Part shown: positions 1 through 10,600 of the stretch, piece after piece
How the letters are laid out: each line of letters opens with the position of its first letter
Numbering within the stretch: the stretch's first letter is position 1
Sequence record: NC_049383.1
DNA length: 64,000 nt
Direction: 5' to 3' (one strand)
Notes under the pieces: model-generated
Databases searched by the model: none
What the model was told of the DNA's origin: nothing
Seen by the model: only the letters and a program-made list of their open reading frames with translations
Translations under genes and position numbers: made by a program

Positions 1-40
1 AAATTTTCATTTTATTTTCAGCTTGTATGTTGATTTTATT

Positions 41-445
41 TTATCTTCTATTGTTTTGTACAGTTTTCTTGTTATTCACAAAACGTTTTCTTATCCGTTC
101 CAAAGATTCATTTGTCAAATCATCTATGAATTGTTGACCAAAATCATCAATAATTTTCTTATTAACGACACTATCTATATACTTTCTGATACGTTCTCTA
201 ATCTTATATGGTGAAACATCTTCGCCAAAATAAAACCTCTTAGAATCGCTATAATTATGATTTTGGAACTCAAACTTAAACTCGATTAGAATACTTCTAG
301 AATTTACCTCTATTTTAGTAAAGTGAGCTTCTGTTTTAAGTTTAAATTTTTGAATCTTGCATGGTAACGACTTATCGTTTGTTTTAAGGTAAACATCTTG
401 TTTATCCCTTTTTAACGTTGTGTAAATAAAATCTGTATATCTCAA
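41..445 (-). CDS. hypothetical protein
   Basis: 134-aa ORF, co-directional with neighbours. Confidence 0.75.
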   Translation of the reverse strand: MRYTDFIYTTLKRDKQDVYLKTNDKSLPCKIQKFKLKTEAHFTKIEVNSRSILIEFKFEFQNHNYSDSKRFYFGEDVSPYKIRERIRKYIDSVVNKKIIDDFGQQFIDDLTNESLERIRKRFVNNKKTVQNNRR

Positions 446-458
446 TAGTTATTATGTT

Positions 459-1865
459 TTAAAATGGTTGTTTTAACTTTAATTTATGGAATCCATCAGA
501 GAAAGCCTTTGCAGACATTTCAGATGTACTAGATGGTAAATTTAATACAGAATTACTTCTAATAACCCTCTCTAATACTATGAATAGATTCACAATAAGC
601 AATAATTCACTTTTACTAAGGTCTGATTTATAGTCACTAAATACATTATTCATATATTCTAAACGTACCTTAAAGAAGTTGATATCATCATCTGTTAGTT
701 TTTGTGCAAACCAACTATACGTCAAGTAATCAGAAATATCATATTTTACATCAGGTATATTCCCGTCACTTAAATACATTGTGAACCACTCCCAAACTTT
801 ATAATCCCTGTCACTCATGAAATCCTTTCTAGATGATAATTGGGTGTTGTATTGTTCAGTTATTGAATTAAATTGAACACCTAGAGTTTCTAAATTCCAA
901 TATGGTATAAAATCTCTATCAGAAATCTCAATTATTTTATTTGCTAAAGTGATATCTAATGAAAGTATATCATTTAACTTAAATCCTTTATCAAACTCTT
1001 TATTCCAATTAATAGCACTATCTAAATTTTGCATATAAAATTCGGTATCAATCTTTTCGAATGTTACAGTATAGTTTGTGATATTATTATCAGATAAAAA
1101 TGTTTCTAAATCTGATTGAGAGTATAAATCTTCAACATCATCTTTAATACCCTCATAAGCAGGTATAAATGTTCCATTAATCCATAAACCAATCATGTTT
1201 TGATAAACATCTTCTGTAGGCACAACAACTGGTGCAGTATCTAAAATAGAAGGTTTTTCAATAATCCTAAAATATGTAAACTTTGTATGGTCTGTTCCAC
1301 CTGCATCAATATTTCGAAACACTTTAAGATATTTATCAGAACCATTATAAAGTTGGTCTAATTCAATTGCTGAAAAATCTGATGAATTTTCCAAAAATAC
1401 AGCATCACCTTCTTGAACATCCCATGTATCTATTACATCAGAACTTGGTTTCGCTAAAGTGCCAACATACAATGAACTAATTAAAGGGCTTATATGAGTA
1501 GGTTCACTAACAATAGCACATTCACCAACAGAGTTTGACGCGCTATTCAAAATAGGTTTACCAACTGAGTAATCCAATGACTCAATCTCATAAACATACG
1601 TTTGTATATCACCACTTTCTGCTGTTACAACTATTGAACCACTTGTTGAATCTGTTGGAATACCTTCTACTTTTGATGTACTAACAACATCAAAAACAAC
1701 ATCATTAATATCTTCGAAACTATAAAGTCCTATAACAATAACATCTGTTGATAAATCAATGAATGATTTGATTCCATTATGTTGTGTATAAGCATTATAA
1801 ATCTTTGTATCAATATTTAATGGTGCTTGTGAAATCTCTTTTTGTTGTTTTATTTTAACTAACAT
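459..1865 (-). CDS. hypothetical protein (possibly virion-associated)
   Basis: 468-aa ORF, acidic and V/S/T-rich N-half; no motif recognised. Confidence 0.8.
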   Translation of the reverse strand: MLVKIKQQKEISQAPLNIDTKIYNAYTQHNGIKSFIDLSTDVIVIGLYSFEDINDVVFDVVSTSKVEGIPTDSTSGSIVVTAESGDIQTYVYEIESLDYSVGKPILNSASNSVGECAIVSEPTHISPLISSLYVGTLAKPSSDVIDTWDVQEGDAVFLENSSDFSAIELDQLYNGSDKYLKVFRNIDAGGTDHTKFTYFRIIEKPSILDTAPVVVPTEDVYQNMIGLWINGTFIPAYEGIKDDVEDLYSQSDLETFLSDNNITNYTVTFEKIDTEFYMQNLDSAINWNKEFDKGFKLNDILSLDITLANKIIEISDRDFIPYWNLETLGVQFNSITEQYNTQLSSRKDFMSDRDYKVWEWFTMYLSDGNIPDVKYDISDYLTYSWFAQKLTDDDINFFKVRLEYMNNVFSDYKSDLSKSELLLIVNLFIVLERVIRSNSVLNLPSSTSEMSAKAFSDGFHKLKLKQPF

Positions 1866-2373
1866 ATTTATAAACGTTTTTATTTATATATCCTTGTAGC
1901 ATACAAATTATATTCAAAATACCTAATGACAATGATTTTTTATCACTAGATGATAAAGTCCATGATTTCCTGAAAATTAGCAAAATTAATAAATACAAAA
2001 CACCTATTGATTTACTATATAGGAACATAAGGTTAATAATAAAAAACTGTGCTAATAACGGTGCTATAGAGACTAAATATCTACCAATATTATTATGAAT
2101 AGGACTCTTTAAATAAAAGTGATGTGATGCAAATGCGTGATATCCATATAAATCAAATTCTCTTTTATTTGGATTATATACAACTCTAACTATATGATTC
2201 CATGTAATTATATAATCTCCGAAAATAGCATAAGCCATTAAAGCGTGTGCATTCTCATGAATAAAAACAAATGGTAATGATATAAAATTTTCAAGAATCC
2301 ACAACCTCAAACTATTTGAAGTTGTAGGATTCTTGAAAATACTATAAACTCTTAAAAGTTGATATTTATTCAT
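1855..2373 (-). CDS. membrane zinc metalloprotease, M50/M50B-like
   Basis: FIHENAHALMAY (HExxH) within a hydrophobic segment, further TM helices, VSIAP motif. Confidence 0.55.
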   Translation of the reverse strand: MNKYQLLRVYSIFKNPTTSNSLRLWILENFISLPFVFIHENAHALMAYAIFGDYIITWNHIVRVVYNPNKREFDLYGYHAFASHHFYLKSPIHNNIGRYLVSIAPLLAQFFIINLMFLYSKSIGVLYLLILLIFRKSWTLSSSDKKSLSLGILNIICMLQGYINKNVYKYVS

Positions 2374-3116
2374 TATTTAGAATATCTTTTGAAAACATAT
2401 CCACAACCTTCCGTATCTTCTTTCTTAAATGTCTCAACTATTTTCATTGAACCGTTTAAAATAGTTTCTTTACGACCTTTATTCGCGGTATCTACTTTTT
2501 GTTGTCTTTCATTTTCTTTATCAGAAACATCAGTTCCAAAAGTTTCAATACGATGTTTGTAGAAACCATCAACTGTTGATTCAATATTTGATAAAACATT
2601 ACCGTTTGATTTTCTATCAGATACACACAATTCTAATGTATCATAGATATAACGACTTTTAATACCTAAGAATCTATCTTGTGTATCTTGCGAAAGAATG
2701 AAATAAAGAGGTGTTTTACGTCTAATTTCATGGTCAATGATATAACTTAAAATACTTCTCTTGTTAATGAATGTGATATATCTTGCAACAGTTCTACTTT
2801 GATTTTCGACAACCTCATCTTTAAATGTTGATGGATTATCACAAAGAACAATTGTTGTTTTTTGTGTTGGTGGTAAAAAGTTATTAGAACGGATAAAGTT
2901 TTCATCAACTATAATTTCACATCCATAAGCCATCATACCAACACGTTCAATAAACTCAGGAATATTAAATGGAAATTTAGCACCGTTTTCTGAACATTTT
3001 AAATATTGTGTATTTCCACTATCAGTAATCGACATGAAAATAAAAGGATTCTTTTTAACAGATTTTAATCGTCTAATTATTTTTTCTGTTTCTAGGTTGT
3101 TATTACTGCGCATCAT
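2373..3116 (-). CDS. hypothetical protein
   Basis: 247-aa ORF coupled to the next gene (TAATG overlap). Confidence 0.8.
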   Translation of the reverse strand: MMRSNNNLETEKIIRRLKSVKKNPFIFMSITDSGNTQYLKCSENGAKFPFNIPEFIERVGMMAYGCEIIVDENFIRSNNFLPPTQKTTIVLCDNPSTFKDEVVENQSRTVARYITFINKRSILSYIIDHEIRRKTPLYFILSQDTQDRFLGIKSRYIYDTLELCVSDRKSNGNVLSNIESTVDGFYKHRIETFGTDVSDKENERQQKVDTANKGRKETILNGSMKIVETFKKEDTEGCGYVFKRYSK

Positions 3117-3765
3117 AAGTATTAATTATTGTTTTAAATTTACTAATATATTCTCTAAATTGAATTTCACTTTCAAAATCTAATGTTAATGTATAAGATT
3201 CATCATCATTAAAAATTATTTCATAAAATACCTCACTAAAACTGTCTTCACAAACTTTTTGTATGAATTGTTTTAAACTATCCTTTTCGTAATCTGTCAT
3301 ATCTTCTACAATGATATTTACATTACAATTATTCGGATATATCATTTCACTAAGTTGACTCAATACCTCAGAAGCGTTTACATCATTAAGATATGAATCA
3401 CCATCAACAAAATCTCTAAAATAGTCAGGTATTCTAACCAAAAATGCTTTATAAGTATAAACTTGGTGTATGATAAAGAGTGTTAATGTAATCAAAAATG
3501 TAGTATTGATAAGATAAACAAATGCGATTGAAATAACACTCGCGACACCAAATAAAAGTGAACCTATCTTATACATTTTAATTCTTTCTGTAAGCTTTCG
3601 ACCAACTATTAATGAACCATTAAACAAAGATAATATAAAACCAATTGTTCCGAAAATAATTAGATTCAAATTAGTAGTATTACTATCTAATGCATAAAGA
3701 ATTGAATTAAATGATGCAACCATCATTATAATTATTAAAATTGTGTAAATAATATTTTTCTTCAT
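3103..3765 (-). CDS. membrane protein (about 4 TM plus soluble C-terminus)
   Basis: Start moved to MKKNIIY (3765) because the ORF-track start lies inside the terminator/promoter at 3787-3835. Confidence 0.75.
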   Translation of the reverse strand: MKKNIIYTILIIIMMVASFNSILYALDSNTTNLNLIIFGTIGFILSLFNGSLIVGRKLTERIKMYKIGSLLFGVASVISIAFVYLINTTFLITLTLFIIHQVYTYKAFLVRIPDYFRDFVDGDSYLNDVNASEVLSQLSEMIYPNNCNVNIIVEDMTDYEKDSLKQFIQKVCEDSFSEVFYEIIFNDDESYTLTLDFESEIQFREYISKFKTIINTYDAQ

Positions 3766-3786
3766 ATAAATGAGTTTTTGTTTTGA

Positions 3787-3835
3787 CAAAGCTAATGAAA
3801 AAATCCGATTCAACAAAATTTTGAATCGGATTTTT
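3787..3835 (-). promoter_or_regulatory. Bacteroidota-type promoter overlapping intrinsic terminator
   Basis: -7 TAGCTTTG (3787-94), 19-nt spacer, -33 TTTG (3814-17) in the loop of a 15-bp hairpin 3799-3835. Confidence 0.75.
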
Positions 3836-3856
3836 GGAATAATTATAAACAATAAT

Positions 3857-5761
3857 CTAGAATTGGTCGTATGATTTAATATCAATTCCCATACTAGTAG
3901 CCTTTTTCATCTTAGAACTTGTACCCTCTAAGTTATCTGTAACCAACAACGTAGCATCTTTAATGTTCTTTACAACGGTATAGTTATCAGGTAATGTCTT
4001 TTGGAACTCTGCCTTTGTAGCAAATCCAAAATTCTTTGGTGAACCAGTCATGATATACTTAACCTCTTCACCACCACTTGTAATTTGTTTTTTCTCACGA
4101 GCAGGTAAAATAACCAATGATGTATCTACACCTTCTTCACTATACTTTTCATAGATGTTCATGATTTTCTCTTTAAGCTCACCTTCTGTACATGATTTAA
4201 CTGTTTCTTTATGTTTTCTAGAAAAATCATAATCAACATCATACTTTTCTGAATCTACACCAATAACCTCTTTTGCTAAATACTTTGCAACTTGTTCACT
4301 TGTACCATCACCACAATTAGGAATAGCCATTGCATGAATAGCTTTATCCAAATCCATAGTTTTCTTTTCATTAACCCTTTGAACAAATTTTTCTGCTGTT
4401 TTCTTACCTAACCCAAGTTCAATAAGACCATCTTTACAAGTAATATGTCTAATGAAAATATTAAAAGGGTCATAATTATAATAAGAAGCTACTTTTCTAT
4501 AGAATGCATCACCGAAATCTTTTAATTCAAATTTCATTGCACCATAAACAAAACGCTCTAATTTAACAGCATCAGCATCATTTGTATAAAGGTGACAACC
4601 TTCAATAAATGAATCTTCGGGTAAATTCCAATCAGTTAATTCACTTCTTTCAATAGTTTCTTGTAAATAAGGAATAATATCACCTGCGATATCTACACGA
4701 ACTTTAGCACCTTTATTAATACCGTTTGTCGTTACAAAACCATGATTGAAACCGTGTGTTTTTGTAATCATTCTACCATCAATTTCAACTGGTTCTAACA
4801 TGATTACTGGTACATATTCACCTGCTTTCTTTAAATTCCAAACAACATCTTTAACAATTGTTTCAGCACCTTTTGGTGGGAACTTAATAGAAATTGAATG
4901 ATAAGGGTATTTTTTACCATCAGTATCATTTACATCAACATTATCAACACAAGATAAAACTAAACCATCATTCGGAACATCTAAGCCTTCACGCATTCTT
5001 AGCATTGATTCATAAATACCTGTGAATTTTTCTATATCTAATAGGTCTTCATATGCAAGTAAGTGTGTTGTTAAACTCATATCTGTTTCTTTTAAAACTG
5101 GGATATGAACACCTGCTAAGAATTTACCATTCTGAACACCATTTAATGGAACTAATCTAAGGTCATATTTTCTTTTATCCATGATATCTTCATCATTTAA
5201 AATACCACCTGCTAAGTTTCTTGGGTGTGAATACTCTTCTGAATACTTTTCATTGAAAACAGACCATAACATTACACACTCATAACGAACCTCTGTGATA
5301 TCACTAGGAATTACTTCGGGAATTAAATGTCTTACCTTATCTGTAACATCACGACCCTCAAAATAATTACCACGAGTAACTGCCTTTGTAAATTCTCCGT
5401 TTTCGAACATTGCATTAATTGCTACTCCATCCGATTTGAAATCCATAGCTAAAGTTTGCCCACTTTTGAATGCTTTTGATTTATTTAAGAATGTAATGAT
5501 TTTATCTAAAAATGTTTGGTTGAAATCACCTTTTATATTCACTTTTTTAAGTGATGGCATTAAAGTTTTATGCTTTGTTGTTTCACCATACTGTGCATTT
5601 TTTAATGTTTTGGTATCAATACCTCTTGATTCCATTTCTTTTTCTAATGCATCAAATTCAGGGTCGGTCATAATTGGTTCACCGATATGATAATACTGAA
5701 TGTTTGCATTTTCATGAAGCGCGATAAGTGCTTCATTTGACATTGATTTGAATTTTTCCAT
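3857..5761 (-). CDS. ligA: NAD-dependent DNA ligase
   Basis: Domain Ia YYHIGEPIMTDPEFDAL, motif I KSDG, TRGNYFEGRDVT, HPRNLAGG, NDGLV, OB fold, HhH, C-terminal BRCT (SSKMKKATSMGI). Confidence 0.95.
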   Translation of the reverse strand: MEKFKSMSNEALIALHENANIQYYHIGEPIMTDPEFDALEKEMESRGIDTKTLKNAQYGETTKHKTLMPSLKKVNIKGDFNQTFLDKIITFLNKSKAFKSGQTLAMDFKSDGVAINAMFENGEFTKAVTRGNYFEGRDVTDKVRHLIPEVIPSDITEVRYECVMLWSVFNEKYSEEYSHPRNLAGGILNDEDIMDKRKYDLRLVPLNGVQNGKFLAGVHIPVLKETDMSLTTHLLAYEDLLDIEKFTGIYESMLRMREGLDVPNDGLVLSCVDNVDVNDTDGKKYPYHSISIKFPPKGAETIVKDVVWNLKKAGEYVPVIMLEPVEIDGRMITKTHGFNHGFVTTNGINKGAKVRVDIAGDIIPYLQETIERSELTDWNLPEDSFIEGCHLYTNDADAVKLERFVYGAMKFELKDFGDAFYRKVASYYNYDPFNIFIRHITCKDGLIELGLGKKTAEKFVQRVNEKKTMDLDKAIHAMAIPNCGDGTSEQVAKYLAKEVIGVDSEKYDVDYDFSRKHKETVKSCTEGELKEKIMNIYEKYSEEGVDTSLVILPAREKKQITSGGEEVKYIMTGSPKNFGFATKAEFQKTLPDNYTVVKNIKDATLLVTDNLEGTSSKMKKATSMGIDIKSYDQF

Positions 5762-6023
5762 TTATATTTGTTTGTTAAAAGTTTTTGATATTTTACTAAT
5801 TGAATCATACTCGACAAATACAATCTCTCCATTAATATTGTCTAAGTTATTTTTTTTCTTTAAAATCATCAGTTACATTAATGACTTTAATTACATCATC
5901 ACCAAATTTAATAGGTTCAATGATTAAGACATCATCATCAGAAACATATTTAATGGCTTTAGTCAACCCTACATGATGTTTTTTACTTTCGGAAGCAGTT
6001 TGTTGTGATAAAAAACCACTCAT
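5762..6023 (-). pseudogene. hypothetical protein interrupted at an A8 run
   Basis: 58-aa ORF 5847-6023 stops right after the A8 run; the +1 frame runs to TAA 5762-64 abutting the ligase ATG. Confidence 0.5.
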
Positions 6024-6248
6024 TTAATCCAACTTTTTAACTTGGGCTTTTGGTATTACACCACCTAACATTGTGATTTCTACTTCATCACCCTCATTTA
6101 ACCCACTTGGATATTCAGAAATGTAACTAACATTTGCCACAGTTCTTTCATCTACTTGAACTTGTACCTTTTCTACTTGAAGGATTTTCTTACCTTTCTT
6201 TTTAGGGTGAGGTACTTCACCGATTACTTTTGTTGTTACTTTATTCAT
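6024..6248 (-). CDS. small beta-rich protein (OB-fold-like)
   Basis: 74 aa, alternating V/K beta pattern; promoter at 6269. Confidence 0.6.
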   Translation of the reverse strand: MNKVTTKVIGEVPHPKKKGKKILQVEKVQVQVDERTVANVSYISEYPSGLNEGDEVEITMLGGVIPKAQVKKLD

Positions 6249-6268
6249 AATTTAATATTTTGTTTACA

Positions 6269-6317
6269 CAAAAGTATAGAAAAAAATCCATTTCACCAAA
6301 TGTGAAATGGATTTTTT
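6269..6317 (-). promoter_or_regulatory. promoter overlapping terminator
   Basis: -7 TACTTTTG (6269-76), 20-nt spacer, -33 TTTG (6297-6300) in the loop of hairpin aaaaaatccatttcac/gtgaaatggatttttt. Confidence 0.75.
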
Positions 6318-6591
6318 ACTTAATATCCAATATTTTTAATATAAGGTCTTTCTTAGAATATTCTCTTATAATCCTATGTGGTAAATAATTAGGAATTTCT
6401 ATAACATCACCTTTATTTATCTTAAAAGGTAATTCATTATCATATTGGAAATACCACCCATCACAACAATCTAAAACCTTAACTATCCTATCATATTCGT
6501 CTGTATGCCAATTAAATAGATATTTAGGACAATTTCGATAAACTATTCTAATTATGTATTTACCAACGATTTCTTGTGTGAAAGCTACCAT
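6316..6591 (-). CDS. cupin-like protein
   Basis: WHTDEYDR ... KGDVIEIPNYLPHRI matches cupin motifs 1 and 2. Confidence 0.6.
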   Translation of the reverse strand: MVAFTQEIVGKYIIRIVYRNCPKYLFNWHTDEYDRIVKVLDCCDGWYFQYDNELPFKINKGDVIEIPNYLPHRIIREYSKKDLILKILDIK

Positions 6592-7178
6592 TTTGCTTTA
6601 CCACCTGATAATTTAAGAACATCACCAAATAACTCAGGTGCTTTACAAGCCCACCATTTAGGTGTATTTCTATCAGAAACTGTTGAACATTTATGTCTTG
6701 CATAGAATGATTTTGAACGCTCTTTATCATCATTTTTAACCATAGTTCTACCATTATCATCATTAAGACCCCAACGAATTATTTTAACAATTGGTAATCC
6801 ATTTTCATGTTTTCGTTCTGTCGGTCTATAAACTTTAAATGATTTTTCTTTTGGTTTTGTTGAATTTCTTGAAGGTAAGTCCATTTTAACCTTTTTATAG
6901 TTACCATCACCAACAGATAACATACCATCATCACCAGTTCTTAGATTTTCCATAATATAAACACATGATTCTGAAACTGGTATGTAAGTTCCGTTGTTAT
7001 AAGATTCTCTAATAAAAGATACAAATTCTGTAAAAGAATCCGAATCTAATCTAAGAAATGATTGTGTAATTTCAATACCTTCTTTTATATGAGTTTCTAT
7101 AATTTGTTTATAACTATAATCTGATTCTTTTAAGTTTTCTAAAATAATTTTCTCGTTTAAGTATTTTGATACCTCCAT
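6585..7178 (-). CDS. conserved phage protein
   Basis: C-terminal KSFKVY...RSKSFYARHKC...WWACK pattern recalled from other large phages. Confidence 0.6.
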   Translation of the reverse strand: MEVSKYLNEKIILENLKESDYSYKQIIETHIKEGIEITQSFLRLDSDSFTEFVSFIRESYNNGTYIPVSESCVYIMENLRTGDDGMLSVGDGNYKKVKMDLPSRNSTKPKEKSFKVYRPTERKHENGLPIVKIIRWGLNDDNGRTMVKNDDKERSKSFYARHKCSTVSDRNTPKWWACKAPELFGDVLKLSGGKAKW

Positions 7179-7195
7179 AATTCTTTTATTTTATT

Positions 7196-7585
7196 TTATT
7201 TATACATATCATCATTATAAAACGATAATTTATAGTTGTTATCTAACTCTTTAGGTTCTAAAAATCCAATTTCATTATATAACCGTTCGGATTCATCATG
7301 TATAAAGTTATTTTCCATAGCACCTAAATAACTTAATTGTGATGTCAACTGGTCTGATAAACCATCAATATTTGAAAGGTATTTTTGACATATGTTAATA
7401 ACACAATCCAAATCAACTACGTACCTATCCATAAATTCAGGATTCATGATTATTTCATAATAACAACTATATTCCATAACCTTATCGAATAGTTCAATAA
7501 GTCTATCAGAAAGTTCATAACTGATTGATTTTATACTTTTTGGGTTTCTTTTTATTTGTCTTATAAGTAATTCTAATTTTGTCAT
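7196..7585 (-). CDS. hypothetical protein
   Basis: 129-aa ORF. Confidence 0.75.
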   Translation of the reverse strand: MTKLELLIRQIKRNPKSIKSISYELSDRLIELFDKVMEYSCYYEIIMNPEFMDRYVVDLDCVINICQKYLSNIDGLSDQLTSQLSYLGAMENNFIHDESERLYNEIGFLEPKELDNNYKLSFYNDDMYK

Positions 7586-7610
7586 ATTTTATTTTGTAAA
7601 GTTAGTGAAA

Positions 7611-7636
7611 AGAAATGACTTATTTAAGTCATTTCT
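7611..7636 (-). terminator. intrinsic terminator
   Basis: agaaatgactta/taagtcatttct inverted repeat at the primase-helicase stop. Confidence 0.65.
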
Positions 7637-10600
7637 AAATTATATCATATTGGAAGTCAGAGAAACTACCACTTTTATTATTTGAAATAGTTTTACTCAT
7701 ATCTTCACCTTTACGGTTTGTTACTTCATCTAAATCAATTTCATCTTCATTATATTCTTTATTAGTGTATGTATCACCCATTAGAAATTTTTCCAACTCT
7801 TCATTTCCTAGGAAACCGTTACTATTATCTTTTTTAATAGGTGGTATCATTCTTCTTGTTAATTTAAAATCCTCACTACCTTTAACTTTTCGCATTTCGA
7901 AAAGTGTTTTTAAAGTTTCTTTAGCATTTTCGTATATCTCAGTTATTTTCTTATTTGATTGGAATGATAATCCATCACCAAGTTTAGAAATAAAGCTATT
8001 ACCATAATTATTGATTTTATTAATAATACCTGAAACAGCAAATTCATTAAATATAAAATTATGCTCATCAATATATTGAATATCATTCATACCATCATTT
8101 AAAAACTCTTCTACTATTTTGAAAATATCATAGTTAGCAACCAGTAATTTATCATCATAAATAAGTCTCTTCAAGAAACCAAATAGTGCCATATCTCTTT
8201 TTGTTTCGGCTTTTTTAACTTTACCATTACTTGAAATACGCTTTTTAAGGAACTCACTAGCAACTTCGGGTGTATATACCCTTAATAACTTTTTCATCCT
8301 TGTATAAGCCTCTTTAAACTGTTTTTCGTATAAAGATGAGTATTTTATTTCATAGTCAAAACCTAATGGATTTTCCTTACCTTTTTTCAATGGGATAATA
8401 TCTATTCTAAATTCTCGTTCATCATATAATTGATAATCAATTTTAGAATCTAATATTTTATCCTTATTTTCTACACAAAAATCAATTACATCTTCATATG
8501 CTTTTGTTCTTTTTAACTCAGTTTCTTTTGATGATTCTTTAGAAATAATTCCTAATCTTTTTGTTACATCTTCATCATCCAAAACGGTGAAATTATATCC
8601 TACCGTGTAATTATAGTATGTTTGTAACATATATTTTGTATAACAGGCACTTGTCGCTATTTGTTCAAAGTCTTTAGCAAAAGATTTAATTAAAAAAGAT
8701 TCCTCATTAAACTCAACACCTTCGGCTGTATTTATATGATATGCTTCATTATGTGTTAAAACCTCTTGTAGTTTATATCTAGCTTTTTCATCATTTCTAG
8801 AAATGTTTCTATTAGCTGTAGCTACTCTTTTATCATCTGATATTTCTTTTTGATAATTATTCTTATCTCTTAAAGAAATCTCATTAGGTGTTGAAAAAAT
8901 CTTTGGTTTAATCTCAACAACACCACTTGAATTTTCTTCTAAAGCACAATAGAAAATAGAACATTCAATAAAAGCTCTTCGAATACGATTATTATACTGC
9001 TCAATATCTTGTGCTGTTGTTTCATCACCATTAATAAATACTTCAAATTTTCTTTCGTTTATGATATCAACACCAACACCTAAATAACGTGTACAGAAAA
9101 TCAATTTAATTTTCTCAGGAACTAACGACTTATCATTAATCATTTTACACATTTCGTCATTATTAGTTTTCTTAGAATAATATCCCCAGTTTTCATCAGT
9201 AAACTCTGTCTTAGTTAAATACTTCAATTGCTCTACCAACGCATTAATATAAGTATCGCCATTATTCGTAGGAACTAATAAAGTCTTTCCCTCATCCAAG
9301 CTTTGAGCCATTTTAATAGCCATAGTTTCCTTTAATGATTTTGATGTCTCACATAAATAAAAATTAGCGTGTTTACCGTATTTATGGTCTGAATTAATTT
9401 TTATGTAATTCAATCTATCTTTACTAGAAAAATATAACAACTCACCAGTAATTGTACCAGTCATTAAAACAACCTTAGTTTTATTAGCATTTTCTAATTT
9501 GTTTAATAAAGGTTCATTATCTATAAAATAATTACTATTATAAAGTGTATTTGAATCAAAATCCAAATCCCTCTTTAATACCTCATCAATCACAAATCTA
9601 TCAACACCACGAACTAAAGCAGATGATGTTTTACCACGGAATCCTTCTGTAAATAATAAATGAGATTCATCAATTGCGATAATATCAAACTTCTTATAAT
9701 CTTCCTCAGTTAAAGTGTTAAATGTATCAAATGTTGTTGCTACAGATTTATTACCCAACTTACTAAAATCAATCTTTTTACCACCATAAAATGTATCAAA
9801 ATATTGACTCGCATCAATATCACCTTCAACCTTATTCTTTAATACAGATTGATAAGGACAAACTAAACAAATACGATACTTTTTAGCCAATTTATTAAAT
9901 AATGTTGTCTTACCAGTACCAGGCGCGGCTTCTATAACATTTATCTTGCTATATGTCAGAGAATCAACTATTTGATTACCAATTTGACCCAAATAAGGGG
10001 TTGCTTTTGGTAACCTAAATGAGTAGTGTGGAATTATTTCTTTTAGTGATACTGTCGAATTTTTAAGACCTTCAATTGAAGCACCCATTTTAGAGTTTTT
10101 AATCTCTTCTATTTTTGAATCATCCAATTCAATCTTAAAACCTGCTTTATTCAAAAATGGTAGAACATTATTAAAAACAGTTGGTTTTTTAACAGCATAA
10201 TTCCATTTACCGTGAAATTCTTTTTCATCACCCCATGTATCTTTACCGTAAACATCAACTTTTAAATAGTGTCTTACTAACTTTCTAGTGTTTTCAGAAC
10301 CATCATATAATGCAACAATAGTACGCATTGCTTTATGTCTAATGAAATCTCTTTGACCCTTATCGATATTAGCATAATCTATAGGTTTTATTTCACTTAT
10401 ACTCGGTAAATTACCAACTTTGAAATCATATTTAACAACATTATCTACACGCTCAACTTTAAATGTATGTTGACTAGAATTTTTACGTCTTCTACTCCTA
10501 GCATCATCTAATGTTTCATTACCTAAAGCCTTCATACTAACAGATGTTAGCATACGTTTAAGGTTGTTTGGTTCTAGAATCCATTCATCTAATTCCATAC

